Below are positions 36,091 through 48,760 of a stretch of 64,000 bases of DNA, in pieces. The stretch is from Heterodontus francisci (Eukaryota), in assembly GCF_036365525.1 (NCBI RefSeq), contig NC_090419.1:930001-994000 (forward strand), given 5' to 3'. Position numbers and translations under genes: made by a program. The first letter of the stretch is position 1; every line of letters starts with the position of its first letter. A model generated the notes under the pieces. That model was not told the DNA's origin, ran no database searches, and was given only the letters and a program-made list of their open reading frames with translations.

Positions 36091-36297
36091 TCAATAGCAA
36101 CCAGGATAACAACAAGAAAAACAACAGTAAGAGAGTTGGTGGTGGGATACTTCACCTTGAATTCTTCATAATCAATTATAGCATATAATTATTTCTCACC
36201 TCTCTTAATCCTTCATTGCCCTTTCAGATCCTTTTTAATACTTTGGAAGCCTTGGCAACCATATCACATTCGAATACTGTATAACTGTTCCTTATTA

Positions 36298-37682
36298 AGG
36301 TCCCACTATTTAAGAAAGGTTGTAGAAATACGCCAGGGCACTACAGACCAGTGAGTCTTACGTCAGTGGTAGGGAAGCTATTGGAGAAAATTCTGAAGGA
36401 GAGAATCTATCACCACTTGGAGAGGCAAAATTTGATTTGGAATAGTCAGCATGGCTTTGTCAGAGGGAGATCATGCCTAACAAATTAGATTGAATTTTTT
36501 GAGCATGTGACCAGGTGTGTAGATGACGGTAGTGCAGTTGATGTAGTTTACATAGATTTCAGCAAAGCCTTTGACAAGATCCCACATGGGAGACTTATCA
36601 AACAAGGTAACTTGACAAGTTGGATTCAAAATTGGCTTAGCTTTAGGAGACAGAGAGTGATGACAGATCGCTGTTTTAGTGACTGGAAGCCAGTGTCCAG
36701 TGGCGTACCACAGGGATCTGTGCTGGGTCCCCTATTGTTTGTCATTTATATAAACTACATAGATGACTATGTGGGGGGGGGGGGTAGGATCATTAAGTTA
36801 GCGGATGACACAAAGATGGCCGAGCGGTTAACAGTGAGGTGGAGTGTCTTAGGTTACAGGAAGATATAGACGGGATGGTCAAATGGGCAGAAAAGTGGCA
36901 GATGGAATTTAACGCTGAAAAGTGTGAGGTGATACACTTTGGAAGGAGTAATGTGACACGGAAGTATTCAATGAATGACCTGACACTGGGAAGTTCTGAG
37001 GAACAAAGGGACCTTGGTGTGTTTGTCCATAAATCTCCGACGGCAGAAGGGCAGGTTAATAGGGTGGTGAAAAAGGCATATGGGACACTTGCCTTTATCA
37101 ATCGAGGCATAGATTACAAAAGGAGGGAGGTCATGTTGGAGTTGTACAGAACTGTGGTAAGGCCACATCTGGAGATCTGTGTGCAATTCTGGTCGCCACA
37201 TTATAGGAATGATGTGATTGCATTGGAGGGGGTGCAGAGGCGTTTCACCAGGATGTTGCTTGGGATGGAACATTTAAGGTTTTAAGAGAGGTTGGATAGG
37301 CTTGGGTTGTTTTCACTGGAGCAGAGAAGACTGAGGGGTGACCTGATCGAAGTGTACAAGATTATGAGGGGCATGGACAGGGTGGATAGGGAGCAGTTGT
37401 TCCCCTTAGTTGAAGGGTGAGTTACGAGGGTCACAAGTTTAAGGTGAGGGGCGGGAGGTTTAAGGGCGATTTGAGGCAGAACATTTTTACCCAGAGTGTG
37501 GTGACGGTCTGGAATGCCCTGCCTGGGAGGGTGGTAGAGGCAGGTTGCCTCACATCCTTTAAAAAGTAGCTTTCAAAGCTATAGGCCAAGTGCTGGCAAA
37601 TGAGATTAGGTAGACAGACCAGGTGTTTTAATGCATCAGTGCAGACTCGATGGGCCGAAGGGCCTGTACTGCGCTGTGATTC
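36298..37682 (+). mobile_element. CR1 LINE 3' fragment
   Basis: DFSKAFDK, GVPQGSVLGP, RPHLEICVQFWSPHY. Confidence 0.9.
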
Positions 37683-37684
37683 TG

Positions 37685-37930
37685 AGATTACTTTCCAACA
37701 TATAGCATATTTTATAATTTTATCAGGCTTTATATCGCTTCATAACTCTATGTAATCCGTTGTAGATCGTTATAGTAATTTAAAATCCTTTATAACTTGT
37801 TATAATTATATATAACACTGTGTAATCCTTGATAAAAGAACTGAATACATTGTAACGCTTAATAACCATTCATAATCCTATATATACCTTTACAATGCAT
37901 CATAACCTTTTATGATCCGATACAATTTTT
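37685..37930 (+). repeat. 10-bp-periodic AT-rich array 3' of copy B (first part 36170-36295, split by CR1)
   Basis: Repeating TTTATAA/TTCATAA units. Confidence 0.6.
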
Positions 37931-37949
37931 TTTTTAAAACTCGTCAGAA

Positions 37950-40630
37950 TCATTGAATTAATGAGTGATTAACAGCACTGAAGAAGCCCATTCGGGTCAT
38001 CGATACCAGGCCGTCTCTCCAAGGAGCTATGCAGCCAGTCCCATTGCCAAGCTCTAGCCGTGTAGCCTTCCAAATCTATTTCTCTCAGGTGGCCATTCAA
38101 CTTCCTGTTGAATTCATTGATTGTCTCTGCTTCCACAACACTTGGGGCAGCGAGTTCCAAGTCATTGCCACCAGCTGCCTAAATGTACTTCCTCATATTG
38201 CCCCTACACATGCCAACAACTTTAAAAATATGCTCCCTAGTCCTTGTACCATTTGTTAAGGGCGTCTGTTTTTCCTTGTCAAAATTAACTAAGCCCGTTC
38301 TAACCTTGTGCACTACTATTAAATCACGCCTCAATCTCCTCAGTTGTAAAGAGAACATTTATCAACCTAACCTTGTAACTGAAATTACCCAACCCTGAAC
38401 TCATTCTGGTAAATCTATGCTGCACTCTTTCAAGGGCCCTCATATCCTTCCTAAAGTGTGGTAACCTGGGCTGGGCGCAGTTCTCCAGTTGGGGCCTAAC
38501 CAGAGCTTTATAAAGGTTCAACATAACTTCAAAGCTTTTGCAGTTAATGCCTCTATTCATGAAACCCAATATCCCATATTATGTTCGAACCACCCTGTCA
38601 ATATATCCTGCCACCATCAAAGATCGATGCACATGCACCATCAGGTCCCTCTTTTCCTGCACACGCTTTAGAACTGTGCCAGTAAGGCTATATTACCTGT
38701 CCCTTTTCCTTCTGACAAAATGCACCACCTCACACTCATCAGTATTAAATTCCAGCAGCCACCTCACTCTGCTGGTCCACGTATATCCTGTTGCAGGCAG
38801 TTCATATCTCGCCAAGTTCTGAAGAAGGATCTCTGACCTGAAACGTGAACTCTGATTTTCTCTGCACAGATGCTGCCAGACCTGCTGAGTATTTCCAACA
38901 TTTCTTGTTTTTGTTTCATATCTCGACACTGTTTGCCTCAGCTCTTATGTTGGTGTCGTCAGCAAATATTGAGATCCTGCTCTGTATTCCAAGATGCAAG
39001 TCATTTACAGATGGCAAGAAAGCAATGCTTCTATCATTGAACTTTGGGGAATTCCACTGCCTACCACCCTCTAGTCTGAGAAGCAACCATTTATTACAAG
39101 TCGCTGTTTTATGTCCTTGGACCAATATGTTATCCAATTGGACACTGAGCCTCCTATTCCATGAGCCTCAATGTTGTTAACCAGCCATTTATGAGGTGCC
39201 TTATCAAATGAATTCTTCAAGTCCAAAAACAACATCCACCGTATTCCCTTCATCAACATTCTTTCTTAGCTCTCCAAAGGAAAACCAATTAGATTTGTCA
39301 AGAACGATCGGCCATTCACGAATTCATACTGGCTATAGATAATTAACTCCAACCTCTCTAAGTTGCCAAATATATTTTTCCTGATTATTATTTATAAACT
39401 TTACCCACCATTAATGTTAAACTGCATGGCATATGGATGCTAGGAGTGCCCTTACACCCTGTCTTGAGTAAGGGTATGCCATTTGCCAGTCTCCAATCCT
39501 CTGACACTAACCCCTACCCCCCACATGCCCCCCACCTCCCCTTTCTCCAGAGAAAGTTGGAAGGGTCTGGCAATCCCTTCCACCATTTCAATCTTCACTT
39601 CCTTTCGAAACCTGGCATGCAAGCCCTCCCGACCAGGTGACTTATCAACCCTCAGCATAACAACATTTTTAATACCTCACACTCACAATTTTTATTCTGT
39701 TCATTGCCTCTCCTCTCTCTGCTTCGACCAATAATTTGCCAGCTTCCATTTCCTCAGTGAACACTGATAAGAAGTAGGCTTGTCCTGCGCCTCTAACCAT
39801 ATTTAATCCCCATGTCCCTAATAATCCCCACTTCTGCTCTTACTATTCGCTAACCATCTACATGCCTGTAGAAGATCTTTTTGTTCCTATTTTTATTGAC
39901 TGCTATTATATTTGCATATTCTCTATTTGCAAGATTTATTTTCCTCTTTACCTCCCTTCATACAAAGCATTCTTGTTTCATCATCGTCTCTATTTGCCTC
40001 GTCAACCAAGGAGCCCTGTTCTTGGTTTCCCCTATTTTTACCCTGTCTAGAGTTTTCCTAGCCTGTCCCTGAAGCATTTCTTCTTGCTACTTGTTGATTC
40101 CATTCTACCCCGGCTAGACCCCTTCTCATTGCTTTGAAACTCGCTCTCTTCCAATCTATACATTCAGTCCTGTTTTGTTCCTTGCTTTCTTGCCTTCTGA
40201 TTCTATGATATGATGATCATGCTTACCCAAATGCTCCCCCAGAGATACTTGCTCAACTTGGCCCACCTCATTTCCCAGCACCAGATCTAGCAATGACTCT
40301 TTTCCAGTTTGATTGAGAATATACTGATCAAGGAAGTTCTCCCAAAGACATTTGTGGAATTATTCCTCCACTATAACCTCAACAGTAAAATTATCCCTAT
40401 CGAAATTTGGATGATTAACGTTCCCCAATATTAGCACTGTATAGTGCTTGCACATCTTTATGATATCCCTGCATTTTGCTCCACTCTCTGTTCCTCGAAC
40501 ACGATTTGGAGGCCTATAGTACAACCCCCACCCGGGCAGAGAGTTCATTTTGTTGTACTCCAAAACTCCAATCAAATGGATTTTGCCCTTGCCACTGCAA
40601 TGACATTCTTCCTTTCCTTCTCGATGTTTT
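37950..40630 (-). mobile_element. CR1 LINE, strongly decayed
   Basis: YYRPPN, DKSPGREGLHAR, LVRPQLE remnants. Confidence 0.75.
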
Positions 40631-41084
40631 CAAAGAATAAAGAACAAAGAAAAATACAGCACAGGAACAGGCCATTCGGCCCTCCAAGCCTGCGCCAATA
40701 TAGGGCTGGATGTTAGCAGCACCAACCCCCTCCCTCACCGCCACCCGCCCCCCGCCTCCCCACCGATGTTGGGGGTCGTGGCCGGGGGTGGAAGAAAATA
40801 CATCCAGGAGAGGCCCACACCATGCCTTCACGCCGGGAAGTCTCTGCCCCATATTACCGGTTGTGGTGAGACCTTGGAGCGCCCTCCCCGCCGCTTGGCG
40901 ACGGGGACCTAATTAAAATATGTTAATTTTTCTTAGTGTTACCTGGTCCCGCTGGCCGTCCATCTCTGATATTCTGAAGTTGCCAGAAATCCCGCATCTT
41001 AGTATCTCCATTCAGAGATGAAGCTCAGCTGGGAAAATCCTACCTTGCTGCTTTGGAAAAATCCCACCTGGAATGTGTGTTATT

Positions 41085-41976
41085 ATTTTTTATTTTTATT
41101 TTGTTAGAGATACAACACTGAAACAGGCCCTTCGGCCCACCGAGTCTGTGCCGACCATCAACCACCCATTTATACTAATTCTACACTAATTCCATATTCC
41201 TACCACATCCCCTCCTGTCCCTATATTTCCCTACCTACCTATACCAATTTATAATGGCCAATTTACCTACCAACCTGCAAGTCTTTTGGCTGTGGGAGGA
41301 AACCGGAGCACCCAGCGAAAACCCACGCAGACACAGGGAGAACTTGCAAACTCCACACAGGCAATACCCAGAATTGAACCCGGGCCGCTGGAGCTGTGAG
41401 GCTGCGGTGCTAACCACTGCGCCACTGTGCCACCCTTTTACACTAACCCCACAGTAATCCCATATTCCCTACCTACACGAGGGACAATTTACAACGGCCA
41501 ATTTACCTATCACCTGCAAGTCTTTGGCTGTGGGAGGAAACCGGAGCTCCCAGTGAAAACCCACACGGTCACAGAGAGAACTTGCAAACTCCGCACAGAC
41601 AGTACCCAGAATCGAACCCAGGTCCCTAGGGCGGCACAGTGGTTAGCACCGCAGCCTCACAGCTTCAGCGACCCGGGTTCAATTCTGAAAACTGCCTGTG
41701 TGCAGTTTGCAAGTTCTCCCTGTGTCTGCGTGGGTTTTCTCTGGGTGCTCCGGCTTCCTCCCATGAGCCAAAAGACTTGCAGGTTGGTAGGTAAATTGGC
41801 CATTATAAATTGCCCCTAGTATAGGTAGGTGGTAGGGAAATATCGGGTCAGGTGGGGATGTGGTAGGAATATGGAATTAGTGTAGGATTAGTATAAATGG
41901 GTGGTTGATGGACAGCACAGACTCGGTGGGCCAAAGGGCCTGTTTCAGTGCTGTATCTCTAAAAAAATAAAATAAA
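41085..41976. mobile_element. Cluster of three HE1-type SINEs: 41085-41434 (-), 41435-41628 (-, partial), 41629-41976 (+)
   Basis: Direct comparison with 3822-4183. Confidence 0.85.
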
Positions 41977-42039
41977 GATTAGCTCTTCCTGCATTAATTT
42001 GGGTATTGGCTATCCTCAACGAATAAAGAATTAAAAGTG

Positions 42040-42680
42040 ACCTATTCCCCTGTTTATTAGTTTTCAAGCCCAATTCAACAATTAATTGTCATGTTATTTC
42101 CTGTGTACTAGTTATCATGTCCGATTTTACAATTAATTGTACTTCTATACCCTTGTGTATTGATTATCGAGTCCAATTGCGCAATTAATTGCAGCCTTGT
42201 TCCCTGTGAATCGTTATCAATACCAATTTTGGAATTAACTGTAACTTTATTCTCCTGCATAGGTTCTAATGTTCAATTAAACTATTTGTTGTAACTTTAT
42301 TCCCTGGTATACGAGTGTTCAGGGACAGTTTCACAATTAATTTTGACATTATTGGCTTGTATATTTTATAAAATCCAATGCAACAATAAACTATACTTTT
42401 TTTTCTTGTGTGCTAGTTATCGTTTCCAATTTCCCAATTAACAGTATATTTATTCCCTTATATGTTGGGTATAATGCCCAGTTAAACAATTAATTGTAAA
42501 ATTATAACCCTGTGCATTATCAAATACAATAGCAATTGGAGCTGTGAGGCTGCGGTGCTAACCACTGCGCCACTGTGCCGCCCCTTTTATTAGCCAGTGT
42601 ATTATTATAATTAATTGAACAATGAAATGCAACAGTAGCTCCCTGCATAATGCTTATCGTGTCCAATTTAATATTAACTT
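42040..42680 (+). repeat. Degenerate ~51-bp AT-rich minisatellite (~12 units) with CAATTAATTG core
   Basis: Core at ~42079, 42130, 42182, 42232, 42334, 42435, 42488; SINE head fragment inserted at 42535-42582. Confidence 0.75.
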
Positions 42681-43051
42681 TAGTCGTGGTCGCTGTTAGT
42701 GGGAATGAATCTGAAAGAATCACTCGACACTCGGGTCTGCTCCAAACGTCAAGTAGTTTATTGGGTTACGCCGGCGGGGAGCAGGTCACTTGGCAATCCA
42801 GATTCCTCTCCACCGAACAAAGGAAAATCATCAATACTTATACAGTTTCAAACAGTTATTCAGCCCATCCCGGCTGGACACGGTCCAATCATAGCGATTA
42901 CAAATTATATGCATTGATTAGTCGAACCAATGAAATGCGTTACTAGACATTGGGGGACTGCGTGGTCAACTCATGCTGTTGGACAGCTTGAGGTTACTCA
43001 TGCATACATGATGTCTTCCAGATCCCCTGCCTCACCATCCTTCGGCCTTAC
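42681..43051 (-). mobile_element. Possible solo LTR (ERV-like)
   Basis: Minus strand starts TGTAAGG and has AATAAA near 42757; no TSD found. Confidence 0.3.
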
Positions 43052-43054
43052 AAT

Positions 43055-43970
43055 AGGGATAAATGGGGCATTTTCAAGTTGCCAGGCTGCGACTAGTGGA
43101 GTGAGACGAGAATCAGCGCTGGGGCCTCAGCTACTTAGAATCTATATTAATGACTTAGACAAAGAGATAGCTGCGAGGAGGACAGAAAGAGCCTACAACA
43201 AGATATAATCAGGTTAAGTATGTGGGCAGCAAGTGGGCAGATGGAGTAGAATGCGGAGAAGTGTGAGGTTATTCACCAAATAGTAAGCGTGCAAAAGCAG
43301 AATATTTCTTCAAAGATCTGCAACTTCGAAATGTCGATGTTCAGAGGGTCTTGGGTTTACCTATACAAGGAACACGAAAAGTTAGCAGGCAAGTACATCA
43401 AGTAGTTAGGAAAGCAAATGGAATGTTAGCCTTTAGTGCAAGGAGTGCAAGAATAGGTAACAACTTGCTGCAATTGTATAGGGCTTTGGAATATAGTGTG
43501 CAGTTTTTTTAATCTCCAGTGTTAAGGAAGGATATACTTGCATTGGAGGTGTTATAACGAAGGTTCACGAGATTGGCCGGTGAGATGACAGGGTTCTCCT
43601 ATGATGAAAAGCTGAGCAAATTGGGTCGATATTCTCTGGAGTTTAAAAGAGTGAGATGTGATCTCATTGAACCATGCAAGATTCTGAAGGGGTTGTTTCT
43701 GCTGGCTGGGGAATCTATAATACGGGGACAATGTCTCAGAATAAGGGGCCTATCATTTCTGACTGAGATGAGGAGAAATGTCTTCAGCCAAAGGGTTATT
43801 AATCTTTGGAATTCTCTACCTCAGAGAGTTGTGGATGTTCCATCATTGAATATATATAAGTTTTAGAGCGACAGATGTTTGTCTTTCGGGGATTCAAGGG
43901 ATATGGGGAGTGGGTGTGCAAGCAGAGTTGAAGCCGAGAATCAGCCATGATCTAACTGAAAAGCAGACTG
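43055..43970 (+). mobile_element. CR1 3' fragment
   Basis: YINDLD, FSQRVINLWNSLP. Confidence 0.8.
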
Positions 43971-44093
43971 ACCGGATATAAAACGGATATGTGTCGGATA
44001 TCTGTCGGATATAAAACGAAGCAAAAAACCTCAGGAAACTTAGTCGCCTGATTTTCCTGTCACTGACAATGAATCTCTTTTTGTCCAACTTCC

Positions 44094-44695
44094 CTTTTTT
44101 TATTCATTCATGGGATGTGGGTGTCACTGGCTGGGCCAGCATTTATTGCCCATCCCTAATTGCCCTTGAGAAGGTGGTGGTGAGCTGCCTTCTTGAACCG
44201 CTGCAGTCCATGTGGGGTAGGTACACCCACAGTGCTGTTAGAAAGGGAGTTCCAGGATTTTCACCTAGCGACAGTGAAGGAACTGCGATTTAGTTCCAAG
44301 CCAAGATGGTGTGTGACTTGTAGGGGAACTTGCAGGTGGTGGTACCCCCATGCATTTGCTGCCCTCGTCCTTCTAGTTGGTGGAGGTCACGTGTTTGGAA
44401 AGTGTTGTCTAAGGAACCTTGGCGCACTGCTGCAGCGCATCTTGCAGATGGTACACACTGCTGCCACTGTTTGTCGGTGGTGGAGGGAGTGAATGTTTGT
44501 AGCTGGGGTTCCAATCAAGTGGGATGCTTTGTCTTGGATGGTGTCGAGCTTTCTGAGTGTTGTTGGAGCTGCACCCGTCCAGGCAAGTGGAGAATATTCC
44601 ATCACACTCCTAACTTGTGCCTTGTAGATGGTGGACAGGCTTTGGGGAGTCAGGAGGTGAGTTACCTGCCGCAGGACTGGGAGCCTCTGACCTGC
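44094..44695 (-). mobile_element. 3' end of CR1/L2-clade LINE abutting exon 2 of copy C
   Basis: MEYSPLAWTGAAPTTLRKLDTIQDKA; tail CCCATGAATGAATAAAAAAA. Confidence 0.85.
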
Positions 44696-45008
44696 ACTAT
44701 TCTCTCAGTACAATATTTTCTCTTCAGTTTCTGGCAAGAAATGGCTACAAAACGATCAAAGGTGAAAGTGACAGTGGCCCAGACAGAACAGTCAGTAATG
44801 GCATAAAGCAAGACGGCGTGGATATTACACACACGGATGTAATTCATGAAATGAAAATGTTCCCGATAAACAATTGGAATGTGCCTTAATATCAGGTCGA
44901 GGAAAACAACCAGTAAATCCATCACTGCCATGGTCACCAGGTAGCGAGTGACACATTTGGAAAGACCACACTTTCCTCGATACAGGATCACAATCGTCAT
45001 CAAGTTAG
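44696..45008 (-). pseudogene. GPR139-like GPCR copy C, exon 2 fragment (TM1-TM3 only), cut off by a LINE 3' end
   Basis: Acceptor CCTCACAG|CT; NLMTIVILYRGKCGLSKCVTRYL...FTFDRFVAISCQKLKRKYCTE, then LINE sequence; I found no TM4-TM7 beyond the insertion. Confidence 0.8.
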
Positions 45009-45399
45009 CTGTGAGGATGGGAAATAAAAAGAGAAATGATAGATCAGGCTGGGAACCAGCTTTAGGCAAATGTTTTCTTCTACCCATTGATGTATTGAAA
45101 TGATTATACCTGTAAGAACACAGGGGAAGGTCAGGGATCTGGTGGACGGTAGGAGAAGTTAAATGGCAAATGAATGATACTGAAGTTGTTGAACTTACTG
45201 TTGATCATCATCCTCCCGTCCACCGTTGGCTGCGTGTCCTACAAATTGTGACATCTCCATGTACTCCCAGTTCTAACGCAGGGTCATCAACCAGAAACGT
45301 TATCTCTATTTGTATCTCCACAGATGCGGCTGGACCTGCTGATTGTTTCCTGCATTTTCTGGTATTATTTCAGATTTGCAGATAACACAGCACTTAGCT

Positions 45400-48250
45400 C
45401 TCGTATAAAAAGACTGACAGAGAGATTCTCTGACCCGTGACATTCAGCATGGTTTCAAAAGAGGACTTTGCACGCCTGGTGCCTGGATAAAGGATGTACA
45501 GAAAGCATGCAGTACTTTCTACAATAGGAAGGGAATGAGGCAGATGTAATGATACACTTTGGTGCCAATGACACAGAGAGAGTAGGTATTGAAGTCCTAG
45601 GTCAGGAACTAGTTTGGAAGTTAAAGAGGAGGACCTCGAAGGCAAACATCACTGGCTTACTCCCAGTCCCACGTATTAGTGAGAGTTGAAGTAGAAGTTT
45701 AGGTGTATCAATGCGTAGCTTGACGATGGTGCAGGAGGGAAGGCTTCAAACTCTGAGGTAATTAGGACCAGTAATGAGGCAGGAGTGGTGCAGTGGTTAG
45801 CACTGCAGCCTCACAGCTCCAGCGACCCGGGTTCAATTCTGGGTACTGCTTGTGTGGAGTTTGCAAGTTCTCCCTGTGTCTGCGCGGGTTTCCTCCGGGT
45901 GCTCCGGTTTCCTTCCACATGCCAAAGATTTGCAGGTTGATAGGTAAATTGGCCATTATAAATTGTCCCTAGTATAGGTAGGTGGTAGGGAAATATAGGG
46001 ACAGGTGGGGATGTGGTACGAATATGGAATTTGTGTAGGATTAGTATAAACGGGTGGTTGTTGGTCGGCACAGACTCGGTGGGCCGAAGGGCCTGTTTCA
46101 GTGCTGTATCTCTTTAAAACAAAAGGAGGCACCTAATCACAAGGGACAGGTTGCACCTCAACTGGAGTGGACCAACATCCTCGTGAGGAGATTCATTAAT
46201 GTGATTGGGGACTGTTTCGACTAAATTGGCAGGGGATGGGCACTAACACATAGACGTAGTAAGGAGGAATAGGGTGCATATTGTGAGAGTGTTAGACAGT
46301 ACTATAGAAGGAAATGCTTCCGTCCTCGATGGGATTGGACTAAGAAGGACTATGAGGAATGTGAATCCAGGATTACAATGTAAATTTGTAAACACCAAAC
46401 GTGTGGTAAATAAGGTTGGTCAATTACAAGCACAAAAAGCAGTTCGGGAATAAGACTGTGTGGCAAAAATGGAAACATGATTTCGAAATGGTGAGCACCA
46501 GGCACTTTAATATGCAAGGATATAAAGTGTTCAGAAAAGTTAGGGAAGGAGTGAAGGAGAGGTGGGGAGGCAGCATTGATTAGGGGAGACATGGCAGTTT
46601 AGGAAAGGGAGGATGCCCTTGAGGGAGAAAGGACAGGCTTTATTTGGTTAGAATTAAGAAGCCACAAGTGTATGAACACACAAATAATGATACTCGATAG
46701 GCGTCCAAAGAGTGAGATTGAGATAGGATTAAATTTGCAGGAAAATCACAGAGATGCGCAAAAATTATAGATGGTGATATGGGGGAATCAAATATCTATT
46801 AGCATAATTCGAGAGTGAAGGGTAAGGAGGCGGAGGAATTCCTGAAATGCGTTCAGGAGATGTCCCTCGATTAGTATGTTCTCCACCCAACTAAAAAGGA
46901 GGCAGTGTTAGATCTGGTGCTGCATAATGAGTGGGACAAGTGGACCAAGTGTCTTTGGGGGAGAACTTGTGTGAGAGTGATCATCACATGCAAGGATTTT
47001 GACCATTAATGCAGAACCGCCCAGAACGAATTAAGGTAGAACGTCTGGAGTGGAAGAGGACAACGTTCAGTGAGATGAAATGGATCCAGCCAGGCTCAAA
47101 TGGAACCAAAAACTAACAGGCAGACAAAGTGTCGTCTTCAAGGAAGAGTGCCTTCAGCTACAATCTAGTCACATTCAAATAAGGCCAAGACGTTAGGAGA
47201 CCAGCAACAAGGCTCCTTAGATGACGAGGGTGATAGAGATTATGATGAAACAATGAGTGAGAAGCAGGCCAAATACAATCAATTCAGAGGGAAGATGACG
47301 AGGAAGGTCAGACTGTCAAACAGAGAATATGAGAATAGAAAATCAGAACAATCTTCTACCGGCGTGTAAATGGAGAGTTGGTAGTAAGAGGTGGATTGGA
47401 GTGCTTAAGGACAGGGAGACTAATATCTGCTTGAGGCGCAGCGACAGGCTAATTTATATAATGAGTACTTTGTATCAGTTTTCACTGAGGAAGTGGCATC
47501 TGACAAAACATCTGTCGAAGTAGAGAGGGTAGAGGCGTTGGATTGGGTCAAAATTAAGAGGTGGGAGGACGAAAACAGCAGTCTATGCATATGGTAGATA
47601 TGTCACCTTGTCTGGATGGCTTGCATCCAAGGTTAATAAAGGAAGTGGGGATGCAGAGAGCAGAAAGGCATGCCATAACCATCCAATCTTCCTGGATGTG
47701 GAGGAGGTGCCTGATGATTGGAGATTGGAAAATGTGACTATCTTATTCCAGAAAAGGTGTCGCGACTGTCGCAGCAACTACAGGTCAGTTAGGTTTAACG
47801 TTAGTTACTTAGATCTTGAGTAGGTTAAAGATTCGGCATAACATCGTGGGCCGAAGGGCCTGTACTGTGCTGTACTGTTCTATGTTCTATGTTCTATGTT
47901 CTATGTTCTATGCTAGTGGTAAGTATGTTATTGGAAACAATTATAAGGGAAGAATCAACAGACACTTGGAAATGATAGTCAGCGAGGATTTGTAAAAGAC
48001 AGATGATGCTTGACTGACCTAAATTAATTTCTGTTGAAATATGAGAGAGGATTGATGAAGGGAATGTGGTTGATGTTGTTTCTATGTATTTTGAGGAAGC
48101 TTTTGAGATGGTGCCATCTGAAAGGCTGGTTCACAAAATTAAAGTTGTTGGAATAGGAGGCTCCCGATCATGTTGGATACAAATGTGACTCAAGGACAGA
48201 AGAAAAGCGAGTTGCAGTAAAACGTTTCTGCTCAGACTGAAGGATGGGAC
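45400..48250 (+). mobile_element. Highly decayed CR1 in intron of copy C, with HE1 SINE (45778-46122) and a short CR1 tail ending (TTCTATG)n (47810-47912)
   Basis: EVPDDWRLENVTILFQK and other ORF1/ORF2 remnants. Confidence 0.7.
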
Positions 48251-48760
48251 ACAAGTCAGGAATGTGATGGAATACTCTCCATTTGCCTGGATTGTTGGAG
48301 CTCCTACAACACTCAAAAAGCTCGACACCTTCCAGGACAAAGCATACCACATTATTGGCACACCATCTACATCTATTCACTCCCTCCACCACCGGCGCAC
48401 AGCGCCAGCTGTGTGTACCATCTACAAGATGCACTGCAGCAATGCACCAAGGCTCCTTAGTCAGCATTTTCCAAACCTTCAACCAACTGGAAGGACAAGG
48501 GCAGCAAATGCATGGGAACATCACCACCTGCACGTTCACCTCCAAGTGACACACCAGCCTGACTTAGAACTATATCACCGTTCATTCACTGTCGCTGAGT
48601 CAAAATCCTGGAACTCCCTTCCTAACAGCACTGTGGGTGTACCTACCCCAAATGTACAGCAGCAGCTCAACCAGGCAGCTCATCACCACCTCTCAAGGGC
48701 AATCGGGGATGGGCAATAAATGGCCAGCGACGCCCAAATCCCATGAATGAATTAAAAAAA
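48248..48760 (+). mobile_element. 3' end of CR1/L2-clade LINE
   Basis: MEYSPFAW..LKKLDTFQDKA; tail CCCATGAATGAATTAAAAAAA. Confidence 0.85.

Noticed and set aside
35817-36155. Antisense ORFs with a hydrophobic stretch 3' of receptors (also 54240-54656) as a convergent membrane-peptide gene
   Set aside because: No shared ATG or frame among copies; the nearby ATGAAGAAT hits a stop after five codons in A and B; hydrophobicity follows from T/G-rich composition.
43970-44015. Short CGGATAT repeats
   Set aside because: Only ~4 irregular units at a TE junction; no support for function.
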